This document shows, one piece after another, positions 8,433-17,562 of a stretch of DNA of 52,127 nucleotides. Where the stretch lies: positions 1 to 52,127 of IMG/VR virus record IMGVR_UViG_3300036979_000430; one strand, 5' to 3'. This DNA is from a virus. Its lineage: Duplodnaviria > Caudoviricetes. Made by a program: the position numbers and the translations under genes. The notes under the pieces were generated by a model that saw nothing but the letters and a program-made list of their open reading frames with translations, was not told the origin of the DNA and did not search any database. Numbering within the stretch: position 1 is the stretch's first letter; each line of letters starts with the position of its first letter.

Positions 8433-8881
8433 CTCACCAGTGGTGGTGGCAGGATAAGGCGGGAATCCTTTTCTGGATGGCGTTCAAGCCAGGCGGGCAG
8501 GCCAGCAAACAGCGCACCCGCAACCGTGCCTACAACAGCAGCCAACAACGCATAAGCAAATACTTTTTTATCTAATTCTTCGACCTTTTCAACGGTAGTT
8601 TCGTAATTTTTTAGCCTTAACTGAATCTCCTGGATCTCAAGCTCATGTTTATGTGATTGGTTTAGGTACTGCGTTTGTAGCGCTTGATGAGCTTCTGCCG
8701 ATTTGTCTATCTTGTCTTTGATCTCTTTTTGCCCATCTTCTACTCGCTCAAGTCGATCACCCTGCTTCGCCACTGCATCAAGCTTTTCGCATAACCTTGG
8801 CAGCAATGCAACCAATAAAGACACACCTTCTGGGCTTGGCGTCTGCACTCCTTGTAGACCTTGCAGTAAATCTTCACTCAC
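8420..8881 (-). CDS. Coiled-coil protein with C-terminal TM helix (lysis-associated)
   Basis: Heptad-rich body and a VFAYALLAAVVGTVAGALFAGL helix; GTG start at 8881 overlaps the upstream small ORF. Confidence 0.6.
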   Translation of the reverse strand: MSEDLLQGLQGVQTPSPEGVSLLVALLPRLCEKLDAVAKQGDRLERVEDGQKEIKDKIDKSAEAHQALQTQYLNQSHKHELEIQEIQLRLKNYETTVEKVEELDKKVFAYALLAAVVGTVAGALFAGLPAWLERHPEKDSRLILPPPLVRWRG

Positions 8882-9005
8882 AATCCAACCTCCCCCGCAT
8901 CCAGCGCCGCACACCCGGCACCGCCGTCAGAATACCCCAGGCAGGCAGAAACAAAAGCAGATGCCACGCTGTCATCGCCAGTAGATCGTCAGGGATTAGT
9001 CTCAT
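8874..9005 (-). CDS. 43-aa single-TM protein (not in ORF track)
   Basis: MRLIPDDLLAMTAWHLLLFLPAWGILTAVPGVRRWMRGRLDCE; lies downstream of GGAAAGCT at 9053-9060. Confidence 0.45.
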   Translation of the reverse strand: MRLIPDDLLAMTAWHLLLFLPAWGILTAVPGVRRWMRGRLDCE

Positions 9006-9086
9006 CCGTCGATAATCCCAGCCATGCGTTACAAGGGTTTACGCTCTGGCTCAGCTTTCCAGATGCCGCAGCATTGCCATCAGGGG

Positions 9087-10436
9087 CTAATTTGCTGGCA
9101 GGACATCTTCAGAAACCTTGACCGAGATGAACCCATCATTCGGGAACGTCTCAACCCTGCCATCGGCATAGGTCACCCGGAACTCGGCCTCATACACGCC
9201 AGCATTGGCGGTTTCGCCCGTTTGCCACTGGTATTCCACCGTTGGCGTGCCAGTTGCGGTCACTACCACCGCCGGAGCGTCAATCACAGTGGCCCCACCC
9301 CTTGACCGTCGCGCTCTTACTTGAAACTCCACGGTCGCACCGGTTAATACCACCGTTGCCGGCTTCAGCTTGTAGCGGAGTGATGGAGATGTATCATTCC
9401 GCTTGATGTAAAACGTGTCCACTGAAACCTCGTTCACGGTGAGCCCGCCATCGCGGGACATAGCCAGTTTGCCGCCATTTGCTGAATCGCCAGGGAAGGC
9501 AAAGCGAGTGGCAATCAGGCTCGGCCCACGCCCGACAACTATCGCCACGCCTGACGCTGTACCTGTAGCGCTTGCAGTGGACCGACCGACCCCGATTGCA
9601 CCAGCTAATCCAAACGCAGCGCCTAACGCGGCCACGATCGCAGCACCTTGCCCTGCTGCCGTTGCAACGCCGGTAACCGTGGCCGCAAAGGAAAGGATCC
9701 CAGCGCCCTGCCCTGCCGCCGTGGCAGCGCCAGAGGCAATCCCGACAACAACCAGTATTCCTGTACCGCTTGCCGATGCCTCCGCAAAGCCAGCAGATGA
9801 CCCAATTCCGGCGGTAACCCCTCCGCTAGGGCTTTGCCCCTGTGCTGTTGCCCCACCCGTCGCCGATCCGGCGGCAGCAGCAATAGACGCGGCCTGACCG
9901 CTTGCAGATGCCACACCTGCCGAAGACCCAGTGGCGACAGCGCTGGACTGGCCTTGGCCAGACGTGGTCGCAGCGCCGCTCGAAACACCGATCCCGACTG
10001 CCACCGATCCACCAATGGTGCCGTCACCGATCGCGGTTGCCGTGCCTGCCGCCGATCCAGTCGAAGCGGCAGTGGACAGCCCCTGGCCAGATACTGCAGA
10101 CGATCCCGCCGAAGACCCGGTAACGGCGGCAACAGGCTGGCCCTGGCCCGATACTGCGGCGCTGCCTGCCGACGATCCAACGGCGCTTGCGACAGATCCG
10201 CCAACCGCGCCGACACCGCTTGCCGTTGCGGCACTTGCCGCTGTCGCATAGGCGGCGGCAATAGACGCACCCTGCCCTGTAGTTGTGGCGGCGGCAGCGG
10301 TTGAGCCCGCAGAGTTGACTGTGCTAGCCCCCTGCCCCTGGGCGCCGGCAATACCCGCTGAAGACCCTGCGGCGCTGGCTATTCCGGGTTCGCCACCTGC
10401 CCCTGTACCGAGTTGCGGTACCCTGATGCGCAGCAT
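9087..10436 (-). CDS. Ala/Gly/Ser/Thr-repeat fibre protein with C-terminal BppU-like domain
   Basis: About 300 aa of quasi-periodic GSSAG..A.A.GQG repeats, then FYIKRNDT...VEYQWQTGET..AGVYEAEFRVTYADG..ETFPNDG. Confidence 0.7.
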   Translation of the reverse strand: MLRIRVPQLGTGAGGEPGIASAAGSSAGIAGAQGQGASTVNSAGSTAAAATTTGQGASIAAAYATAASAATASGVGAVGGSVASAVGSSAGSAAVSGQGQPVAAVTGSSAGSSAVSGQGLSTAASTGSAAGTATAIGDGTIGGSVAVGIGVSSGAATTSGQGQSSAVATGSSAGVASASGQAASIAAAAGSATGGATAQGQSPSGGVTAGIGSSAGFAEASASGTGILVVVGIASGAATAAGQGAGILSFAATVTGVATAAGQGAAIVAALGAAFGLAGAIGVGRSTASATGTASGVAIVVGRGPSLIATRFAFPGDSANGGKLAMSRDGGLTVNEVSVDTFYIKRNDTSPSLRYKLKPATVVLTGATVEFQVRARRSRGGATVIDAPAVVVTATGTPTVEYQWQTGETANAGVYEAEFRVTYADGRVETFPNDGFISVKVSEDVLPAN

Positions 10437-10437
10437 G

Positions 10438-11172
10438 TCAGTCTCCGATCAGGGGCGGGCGGTTGCGGAAGGGATGGTTGGCGGGAAGGCTGAAAACAAG
10501 GCCCCACTTCCACGCGAGGTATCCTTCAATGGTCTTGCGCTCCCGCAAGGTTGGTTGAAAAAGTGTAATCAACACCTCTGAAATTTTCCCCCGCCAGCCC
10601 CGGTTGGCTTCGGTTCTGTCGTTTCCTATCCAAATCGTGCTCCTACTAGCGCTCGCCGCAAGATCGTCCGCCCACACAAATGGCGTCGAAATCGTGGGCA
10701 ACGGAGCTACAGTAGTCGAATCATTGCCATTCAGAAAAACCTGACGCGCCCCAAACCATTGGTTAGAAACTTCTACGAGAAAAAGACTGTCATTTCCGGT
10801 GAAGGGGTATGACAGCAGCCCGCCATAGCCTACAAACGGACTTGGCCCTTCCCAATGGGCAACACCAAAAGTCCTCCCCGCGTTAAATGCTGTGCCGGTC
10901 CAGGTCAACCTGTTATTGTTGATTGCGGCTCCATAATTTATCGCGGGCTGATTGTTTAATCCGCTCGCAGTATAGGTCGGTCGCTGCGTAGAAGTTGCGG
11001 TCAAGTGTCGCCCGTTGCCGCTCTTGTCTCGCCAGTCCGTGACCGCGCTGCTCACTGTCGCTATTGTGGCCAGATCGGCGGCGTCGTACCACGCACCAAG
11101 GCGCAGTGCATTCGGCAACCACAGCCGCCCCTGCAACCGCGCCTCGTCCACTGGCGAAAGCCCGCGTGGCAC
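10438..11172 (-). CDS. LamG/concanavalin-like virion protein (tail fibre or decoration)
   Basis: WYDAAD...VTDWRDKSGNGRH, then GKISEVLI...IEGYLAWKWG. Confidence 0.7.
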   Translation of the reverse strand: MPRGLSPVDEARLQGRLWLPNALRLGAWYDAADLATIATVSSAVTDWRDKSGNGRHLTATSTQRPTYTASGLNNQPAINYGAAINNNRLTWTGTAFNAGRTFGVAHWEGPSPFVGYGGLLSYPFTGNDSLFLVEVSNQWFGARQVFLNGNDSTTVAPLPTISTPFVWADDLAASASRSTIWIGNDRTEANRGWRGKISEVLITLFQPTLRERKTIEGYLAWKWGLVFSLPANHPFRNRPPLIGD

Positions 11173-11591
11173 TAGCTAACATCCTCGTTGTAGGTGCGGA
11201 TGTAAAGTTCGTTTCCACTTGCGGCGGTCGAGATGCCTGCGTTGTTCACGATTTGGAATATTAGTGGAAACGGATAAACCCTGATCATTTTGAACGTTAT
11301 AATTTTTGCGCTTGCGGTCGTCGTCAACCCTTCTGTATAGGTGTCAAAAGACCCGCCGTTAAGATCGGGCATGTCAACTCCATCTCCGCTATAAACGCGC
11401 AGCGTAATTGAGCCGCCCGTCAATGGGGTAAGCGACCCCAACTTGACTGTGACAATCCCATAAAGATCCTTGTTGCCGCTGTTGTCGTAGGTGATCGCTG
11501 ATCCGGCAGAGCCGTTTGCCAGCGTGTTGAACGTTGTACCAGCGAGGTTGGATGACCTGGTGCTGGGCGTTGACCACTTTGCAACTGCCAT
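11172..11591 (-). CDS. Putative virion structural protein
   Basis: Beta-rich 139-aa ORF coupled to both neighbours. Confidence 0.6.
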   Translation of the reverse strand: MAVAKWSTPSTRSSNLAGTTFNTLANGSAGSAITYDNSGNKDLYGIVTVKLGSLTPLTGGSITLRVYSGDGVDMPDLNGGSFDTYTEGLTTTASAKIITFKMIRVYPFPLIFQIVNNAGISTAASGNELYIRTYNEDVS

Positions 11592-12049
11592 CAGACGCTC
11601 CCCCGAGCAATGCCAATGTCACGGGTTGTGACTTCGCCAACCCCTTCCACCTCCGCCCATGATTGATTCACGTCTGCGAGTGCCATCAGTGCATTGCGGG
11701 TGTCAGTTGTCAAAATTCCGGCAAGAACCAGGCCGCCGAGTAAGTTAGTTATTGAATCATGTATTTCAGGCTCGCTAACCGGTATTGTTGATGTCTGAAT
11801 AATTGTGTCGCGCAAAACAATACAAGCACCGCGCACTTGTTGCGGCGCCTCAATGTTTTCGGCAGTAAGAATAACTGCCGCCCATTCAGACGTAGAGAGT
11901 AGAATCTTCCTGGCGTCATAGGTTGCTACGTCGGCCAGCCTTGTTGGCAGGCTGGGGTCTGGTGCATTGAGCGCAGCGGCGACTTCCCTTTCTGCAATCC
12001 CAGCGAACTGCGCTACCTTTGCCGCAATCTTTTGTTCTCGTGTCGTCAT
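11591..12049 (-). CDS. Hypothetical protein (fibre-associated)
   Basis: 152-aa ORF within the structural run. Confidence 0.6.
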   Translation of the reverse strand: MTTREQKIAAKVAQFAGIAEREVAAALNAPDPSLPTRLADVATYDARKILLSTSEWAAVILTAENIEAPQQVRGACIVLRDTIIQTSTIPVSEPEIHDSITNLLGGLVLAGILTTDTRNALMALADVNQSWAEVEGVGEVTTRDIGIARGSV

Positions 12050-12113
12050 CTTTCACCTATGCGAATCCGCCTTGAACGCGGCCAGACATATACCTGCCAG
12101 ATCAAAGGCATCA

Positions 12114-12551
12114 TCATTCCTCCGTGATGGCGGTAGCCGTGGTCAGTCGTGGTGTTACGCCTGCAGCAATCGCAATAGTCGGGCTGATTGCCCCCTTGTA
12201 CAGCACCAACGCGGCGCCCGAAGAAGCAACTCCAACCGAGAAGTGTGTTGCGGTCGCAGTGCCAGCCGTGCAAGCCGGGAAGTCGATATTCGCCGCAGGT
12301 GACACTGAGTTGTCCGTCACCGTGAATCCGGCACTGGATCGCGCAACCCCGACGCGGGCATAGCCGGTGTAGGACACCTCACTGGTGGCCTGCGTACCTA
12401 CCTCGCCGGGGTCTGCGGTGTGCAGGGAGAAGAAAAGCTGCCCCGCCGTTGCTGAACCCCGCAATCCGGTCGCATCGCCGATGTTGGCGATGTTGGAATT
12501 TTGGAACACCAACTGCAGATACGCCGTTTCAAAGGCATTTGACTTGGACAT
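12114..12551 (-). CDS. Tail/fibre-associated structural protein
   Basis: SLHTADPG...EVSYTGYARV...NIDFPACT, typical of phage fibre adaptor proteins; AAGGAG RBS. Confidence 0.7.
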   Translation of the reverse strand: MSKSNAFETAYLQLVFQNSNIANIGDATGLRGSATAGQLFFSLHTADPGEVGTQATSEVSYTGYARVGVARSSAGFTVTDNSVSPAANIDFPACTAGTATATHFSVGVASSGAALVLYKGAISPTIAIAAGVTPRLTTATAITEE

Positions 12552-12597
12552 GGGTCTCCTTGGAAGTGTTTAGCGGCGGGCCGCGTCGATCACTGCC

Positions 12598-12798
12598 TTA
12601 GCTTTCCGCCCACGCCTCATCAGCCGCCGTTGCCGGATCATCCGCCGCAAACCTGCCGCCTGTCACCCGCGCCCGTTTCCGGCCATGGGCGGCCTGGGTG
12701 GGCCTTGCGGGGGGATCTGCAGCAGGCCCTTGTATCTCAGGTTCAACCGCTGATTGCCGTGGACTGACTTCGTGGCCGTAGCCGATCGGGAAATTCAT
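12598..12798 (-). CDS. Small hypothetical protein with a GRFAADDPAT...EAW motif
   Basis: 66-aa ORF directly after the capsid-operon terminator. Confidence 0.55.
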   Translation of the reverse strand: MNFPIGYGHEVSPRQSAVEPEIQGPAADPPARPTQAAHGRKRARVTGGRFAADDPATAADEAWAES

Positions 12799-12810
12799 TG
12801 TGCTTCTAGC

Positions 12811-12832
12811 AGAAAGGGCCCCGAAGGGCCCT
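12811..12832 (-). terminator. Intrinsic terminator after the capsid/decoration genes
   Basis: Minus strand AGGGCCC-TTCG-GGGCCCT followed by TTCT: C(UUCG)G tetraloop hairpin. Confidence 0.7.
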
Positions 12833-12857
12833 GGGTGATCGTGAATCGCTTAGCAGA

Positions 12858-13547
12858 TCAGTCGCTAGGAACCAGTGCCACCGTGTTGGTACCCACCGGT
12901 ACGGCGGCGCCATTGGTCACGGTGCCAGTCGCCGAGGCGCTGGTGATATTGGACTGAACGCTGGCGTATTTGAAGGTGGTCGAGGTTACTTCCGTAATGG
13001 CAAAGGTGCCATTCACCAGCGGGTTAGAGCAACCCACCGTCACAACCTCGCCGACCAGCATGGTGTGAGCAGCCGACAGCGTGATGGTGACCACGTTGGA
13101 AGTAAGCGCCACGTTACTGATCGCCAGGTTGCCGGTGCCAGGACGAACCCGCACCGCAGCAACCCGCACGTCACCAGACACCGATCCAGCGGCTCGGACG
13201 GCATCGCGGATTTGCTTGCCACCAACAACCACCTCGTTAGGGTTGGATTGCCCAGTTCCAATCGCAATCACGCCAATGTTGGCGTAGGCGGAAGCGGAAC
13301 TAAGGGCAGCACCCTCAGCAACGTGAGCAGCCTGCAGGATGTAGCCACCAGCGGAGTTACTGGACTGGCCATAGGCCACCAGTCTCCAGTCATTCTGGGC
13401 TGCCAGGTTGGTAGTGAGCAACCGAGCGGCCCCGGTGCGAGTTTCAGCAACCCGGCCACGGGCCCCGGCTTTGACATCGCCGACCATGATGGTCGTTGCG
13501 TCCAGTTGATAGCCCTTTCGGGGGGCCAGTCCAGTTGCGCGTGGCAT
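12858..13547 (-). CDS. Putative capsid decoration/minor capsid protein
   Basis: Directly after the major capsid gene; C-terminal beta domain VTITLSAAHTMLVGEVVTV...NGTFAITEV. Confidence 0.6.
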   Translation of the reverse strand: MPRATGLAPRKGYQLDATTIMVGDVKAGARGRVAETRTGAARLLTTNLAAQNDWRLVAYGQSSNSAGGYILQAAHVAEGAALSSASAYANIGVIAIGTGQSNPNEVVVGGKQIRDAVRAAGSVSGDVRVAAVRVRPGTGNLAISNVALTSNVVTITLSAAHTMLVGEVVTVGCSNPLVNGTFAITEVTSTTFKYASVQSNITSASATGTVTNGAAVPVGTNTVALVPSD

Positions 13548-13592
13548 GAATCAGTACCTCAAAAAATCAGAGAATGGATAAAAAGGTGATGA

Positions 13593-14513
13593 TCAGGCTG
13601 TCACCGGTGCATTGGTGATCCCGTAGGCGCGAGCAGCACTGCGCCCGTTCATGATTGCTAGGCCGATTGACCAGTCGATTCGCGTGCGATCAACAGGAGC
13701 ATCGGAGACTTCCCCGAACTCCTTGATGTCAATCCCGTAGCCACCAGCAGAATCAGGGCCTTGGATGCCGGTAACTTCCATGTCGCCATAGGACACGCAG
13801 TAGATACTGGTGCGGTCGCTGCTGGAAGCTTCGGTGAAACCTTGGATCTGAACGTTCTGGGCGTTGGTGTCAGTAACAACAATGCGAGCATCGTTGTAGT
13901 AGGTGACCCGACGGCCAAAGGCATCCTGCTCATAAGTCATGAACCCACCGATGGCGGAATTACGGCTGGCAGCCGTAAGGCGCCGCCGCATCGTTTTGTT
14001 CATGTGCAAGACCTTGTTGTCCCCATCAACCGCGTCAATCAGCTCATCAAGACCAGTGAGCGGAAGGGCGCCGTTGATATTAATGGCCTGGGAGCAGTCG
14101 GTCGGGAGCCGCTTTCTAAGGCCGTCAAACGACCGAGGATCAACCGCAACATCGCCGTTGATCATGTAATCCTCAAATGTAAGGCGCATTGAGCGCACTT
14201 TCATCGTGATCTGATCAGCCCTGGCTTGCCGGCCCTTGTTTTTGATGATTTGAATATCCACGTCGATGTCTCCACCGAAGTAGGACAGTCGTTCGTATTG
14301 AGGATTGATGACGCCATAGCTGGGGTCGTAGGTTTCGTTTAGAGCACGAAAACCAACGCCAGGCAGTTCATCTTCGGTGCCGTAGTCCAGTCCGCCCATT
14401 ACATTGGTAAAGGGCACCAGACCGATCATCTCGCTTTCAGCAAGACCGCGAATAACGGCCACCCGCTTCTGATTTTCATCAGTTTTGGCGGCCTCCAGAA
14501 TAGTGAGTCCCAT
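13593..14513 (-). CDS. Major capsid protein
   Basis: 306 aa; LPGVGFRALNE, GGDIDVD and INGD...FDGL match HK97-fold capsids; follows the scaffold-like gene. Confidence 0.85.
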   Translation of the reverse strand: MGLTILEAAKTDENQKRVAVIRGLAESEMIGLVPFTNVMGGLDYGTEDELPGVGFRALNETYDPSYGVINPQYERLSYFGGDIDVDIQIIKNKGRQARADQITMKVRSMRLTFEDYMINGDVAVDPRSFDGLRKRLPTDCSQAININGALPLTGLDELIDAVDGDNKVLHMNKTMRRRLTAASRNSAIGGFMTYEQDAFGRRVTYYNDARIVVTDTNAQNVQIQGFTEASSSDRTSIYCVSYGDMEVTGIQGPDSAGGYGIDIKEFGEVSDAPVDRTRIDWSIGLAIMNGRSAARAYGITNAPVTA

Positions 14514-14525
14514 CGGGAAAATTCA

Positions 14526-14632
14526 GGTGAAGGTCAGGGGGGGTGGCATCACGCCAAAAGGTTCACCGCAAGGCATCACGCCGAGCTGCTTAATTTGGGA
14601 TCGGCCTAGGCATCACACCATCAGCCGATCCC
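14526..14632 (-). promoter_or_regulatory. Structured capsid leader with three GG(C/U)-GUGAU-GCC hairpin repeats
   Basis: GGCATCAC(G/A)CC at 14545, 14572 and 14609; the third copy is enclosed by the 9-bp stem 14597-14605/14624-14632. A fourth copy at 15481 precedes the scaffold gene. Confidence 0.6.
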
Positions 14633-14665
14633 TGTTGTCGGATATTTCCCGACCGTCTAAGCCGT

Positions 14666-15472
14666 TCAGTCGAACGCTGTGGAAATTGCCTGACCAGCAG
14701 GCACCGTGAGCAGATCAACTCCGCTGCTGCTCATGCGGCCATCACGCCCGGAGCGTGCCCCGCCTCCGCTACCCATGGCGGGCTCAAAGTGAAGGCCCCA
14801 GTACGGGTCCGTCTGCATCCGCTTAAACCATTTAGTCGGCTCGTACCGCAGGCCGGTTACGGAGTCGATCTCAGGATTGCCCTTGGCGTCAACGACCACC
14901 AGGGCGCCGTCTTCGATGCGGAAATTAGTGCCGAACCGACCCCAGACACCATCAAAAGGCGTGGATCCATCGAGGGGGCTGATCTCCACCCGTCCCTTGG
15001 CATTAAGGAAAGCCTTCTCGGCTTGCTGCTTCACAAGCTGCCGCTCGTGTGCCTCACGTTCGGCGATCAGCTCTTTGTTTGACTGCTGAAGCTGGGCGCT
15101 GTACTTAGCCTCAATCTGCTCTTGCGCAAGCCGTGCCTGCTGCTCAATCAGCTCTCGTCGCGTCTGCTCCTCCTTGGCCTTGGCCTCAGCCGCTCGCACC
15201 GCCTCGGGGTTGGTGGTGGATAGCTCCCGTAACTGGGCTTCTAGGGCACCCATGCGGCGCTCCTTGTCGCGGTTGGCTTCCCGTTCACGCTGCAATGCGT
15301 GCTTGACTCGGGCCAAGTCGTCGCCTTCGCCCTCGCCTTCGCCACCACCAGGCGCGGGATCGCTGCCCCCTGCAGCACCTCCAACACCACCGCCGGCACC
15401 AACACCGGTACCACCCTCGCTGCCAGTCTCAGGGCTCTGGAGGGTGAACTGTTCAATCCAACGTGTCTTCAT
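14666..15472 (-). CDS. Capsid scaffold protein
   Basis: Gly-rich acidic N-terminus, long coiled coil and GSGGG near the C-terminus; lies directly upstream of the capsid gene. Confidence 0.75.
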   Translation of the reverse strand: MKTRWIEQFTLQSPETGSEGGTGVGAGGGVGGAAGGSDPAPGGGEGEGEGDDLARVKHALQREREANRDKERRMGALEAQLRELSTTNPEAVRAAEAKAKEEQTRRELIEQQARLAQEQIEAKYSAQLQQSNKELIAEREAHERQLVKQQAEKAFLNAKGRVEISPLDGSTPFDGVWGRFGTNFRIEDGALVVVDAKGNPEIDSVTGLRYEPTKWFKRMQTDPYWGLHFEPAMGSGGGARSGRDGRMSSSGVDLLTVPAGQAISTAFD

Positions 15473-15520
15473 TTGGTCGGGGCATCACGCCCGCGAGCAA
15501 CTACGCTCAAGCTTTCCGGC

Positions 15521-15661
15521 TTAGCGATTACCCCGTGGCTTAGGTCGCTGGCGGCGCTCCTGCTCCCGTTCAGCGGCGGCCATGCGGTTGGCAAGCTGCC
15601 GGGTCTGGACGGTTTCGACCAGGGCTTGGAAGGAGTCGGGCTGGGGCTGGGGGTTAGTCAT
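15521..15661 (-). CDS. 46-aa hypothetical protein (not in ORF track)
   Basis: MTNPQPQPDSFQALVETVQTRQLANRMAAAEREQERRQRPKPRGNR fills the gap exactly. Confidence 0.5.
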   Translation of the reverse strand: MTNPQPQPDSFQALVETVQTRQLANRMAAAEREQERRQRPKPRGNR

Positions 15662-15667
15662 TTTGAT

Positions 15668-16354
15668 TTAAGAAGGCTTCCAGTTTTCAAGCGTATAGGT
15701 AAGTGTCTTATCTTCGATAGAAACAGAACCGCTACCGTTAGGATTGTTTGTATAAACTATTTTTTTGGTAAATTCGTCATCAAAATAAAAAGCAGCAATA
15801 AAAACAGGCGGAAGAACTTTGTTTTCGTAAGTTATGTTTGACAATTCAATAATTGTAACTCCTTCCGGGTCGGGTAGCTCTGTTTTGACTACGGTTACTG
15901 TATTAATATATTCTAATGTAATGCCAAATAAATTGTTTCCTGGATTAAGCGCAATTATCTCATTTAAGTCACTATCGCTTGAGGCCCAGATAAATATATG
16001 GCGTTCAACTTTTGGGGGAGGGCCTGACAGGCTTACATTTCCTACTGTCGATCCGTTTACCTTTACTGTATAACTTATGGGTATTTGCTTAACTTGTACT
16101 TGCTTAAGTCCAGGAAAACTATATTCTACATAACTAGAAAAAATAATAGCAAACACTCTTTCACTACCAATAAAACTAGGCTCCTCCCATCGTTGCTTCG
16201 CCAATATCCCATTATCTACCTGCATCACCCGCCGCAGTTCCTTGCCCTTATCCGGCTGCCGCTTCTGCTTCTTTGCCCGGTTCCTCAGAATCCGCGCCTT
16301 CACCTGTTCCAGGATTTCCCACGGCACCGGATTGATGTCAACAATCAGGCTCAT
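15668..16354 (-). CDS. Hypothetical protein with GC-rich basic N-terminus and AT-rich C-terminal domain
   Basis: 228-aa ORF, ATGA-coupled; abrupt composition switch near 16180. Confidence 0.6.
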   Translation of the reverse strand: MSLIVDINPVPWEILEQVKARILRNRAKKQKRQPDKGKELRRVMQVDNGILAKQRWEEPSFIGSERVFAIIFSSYVEYSFPGLKQVQVKQIPISYTVKVNGSTVGNVSLSGPPPKVERHIFIWASSDSDLNEIIALNPGNNLFGITLEYINTVTVVKTELPDPEGVTIIELSNITYENKVLPPVFIAAFYFDDEFTKKIVYTNNPNGSGSVSIEDKTLTYTLENWKPS

Positions 16355-16749
16355 CCTTGCGCCAGCAGTAGCACATAGCTCTTGCTCTGCCCTGCCTGCA
16401 AGGTGTCAGGCGACGGCAGTAGCATCACCCGATCGGGATAGGTGCGATTGTCCACCTGCAGCACAATCGCGTCGTAGGTGAACCCACTGCCGGTAGCTGT
16501 GAGCGCCATTGTGAACGCGGGCAGCTCATAGCGTGCATTGCCGCTGTTGAAACTGCCGGTGCCGATCGTGCCTGTTAGCTCCGCGTACCCATTTCCCGCC
16601 GCCAGCTTTACCGCATTCCAGGCGCTGATCAGGCTGGCCTGGGTTAGCACCGTGCCGCCACGCGACGCCAGGAACATCCTGTAGGTCTTCCCCTCATACG
16701 TGAGCTGAGCCTGCTTGCCTAGCGCGTCAGGCGAAATCAAAACGTCCAT
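16351..16749 (-). CDS. Tail-associated structural protein (paralog of 16779-17222)
   Basis: YEGK..R..LA, W.AV...GNGYA and SG..R.E shared with the neighbouring gene. Confidence 0.65.
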   Translation of the reverse strand: MDVLISPDALGKQAQLTYEGKTYRMFLASRGGTVLTQASLISAWNAVKLAAGNGYAELTGTIGTGSFNSGNARYELPAFTMALTATGSGFTYDAIVLQVDNRTYPDRVMLLPSPDTLQAGQSKSYVLLLAQG

Positions 16750-16778
16750 AGGTGCCCCTGCTTACCTGAGCTTTCCGC

Positions 16779-17222
16779 TCAGGCCGTCACCGTGAACCCA
16801 TCAGTAAACAGCTTCACTGTGTAAGGGCGGCTTGTTCCTGCGGCCAAGGTGACGAGGGGGTTTTCGGTTAGCACAAACGAAACACCCGTATTCCAGGTCA
16901 CAACGCCACCACCACCGATGGTGCCGATCACCAGATAGGCCGCGTTCCAGCTTAATCCCGCGCCTCCAGATGAGGCAATAAATTGGCAGTTCTGGGTTTC
17001 AGCCTCAAAACGTCCTGCTCCGCTGCTGTAATCTCCCTCAGGGATTGTCCATTCGCAACGGGCATAGCCATTACCACTCTTTTCGACGGCATCCCATTGC
17101 GCCGTGGTTGAATCAAGATCCTCTACCGTGCTTGTTGCCAGGCATAGCCTGGCTTTTTTACCTGCATAGCTGGCGGCAAAAATCCGCCCCGCCTCAAAGG
17201 GGGTTTGAATCATTGCAGGCAT
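16779..17222 (-). CDS. Tail-associated structural protein
   Basis: YAGKKARLCLA...WDAVEKSGNGYAR...SGAGRFE. Confidence 0.65.
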   Translation of the reverse strand: MPAMIQTPFEAGRIFAASYAGKKARLCLATSTVEDLDSTTAQWDAVEKSGNGYARCEWTIPEGDYSSGAGRFEAETQNCQFIASSGGAGLSWNAAYLVIGTIGGGGVVTWNTGVSFVLTENPLVTLAAGTSRPYTVKLFTDGFTVTA

Positions 17223-17286
17223 GGCATTCTAGCGATAGCTGCTGCAGCTTTCCAGTAAACAGCAGCCCATTAATTAGCGCCGGTGA

Positions 17287-17562
17287 TCAGCCCAATCCAA
17301 TAGGCCAAATATCACCGGTAGATTGCAACTTTACCGCAAGCGCAAATATAACAGACGGATCGTAGCCGGCTGTGATATTGGACACCCCTGCAGTATTTGT
17401 TGGATTTGCAAAGGATAAATTAACTCCAGCACCAACACCTGCAGACCCACTTGGGGCAACCGTTTGCTGTGGCGCCAACCCCCTGATGGCTGTAAGTGTT
17501 CCAGCGGATGACCCAGAACTCCAAGGGCCGCCGCTAACGCTTTGTGCAGTGGTGATAGTCAT
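17287..17562 (-). CDS. Small structural protein
   Basis: Ser/Thr/Gly-rich 91-aa ORF, ATGA-coupled. Confidence 0.5.
   Translation of the reverse strand: MTITTAQSVSGGPWSSGSSAGTLTAIRGLAPQQTVAPSGSAGVGAGVNLSFANPTNTAGVSNITAGYDPSVIFALAVKLQSTGDIWPIGLG

Noticed and set aside
9415-10581. Several overlapping ORFs on both strands
   Set aside because: Stop-poor shadows of the Ala/Gly/Ser repeat gene.
14545-14619. Mini CRISPR array
   Set aside because: Repeats are only 11 nt with irregular 16-26 nt spacing, and there are no cas genes.
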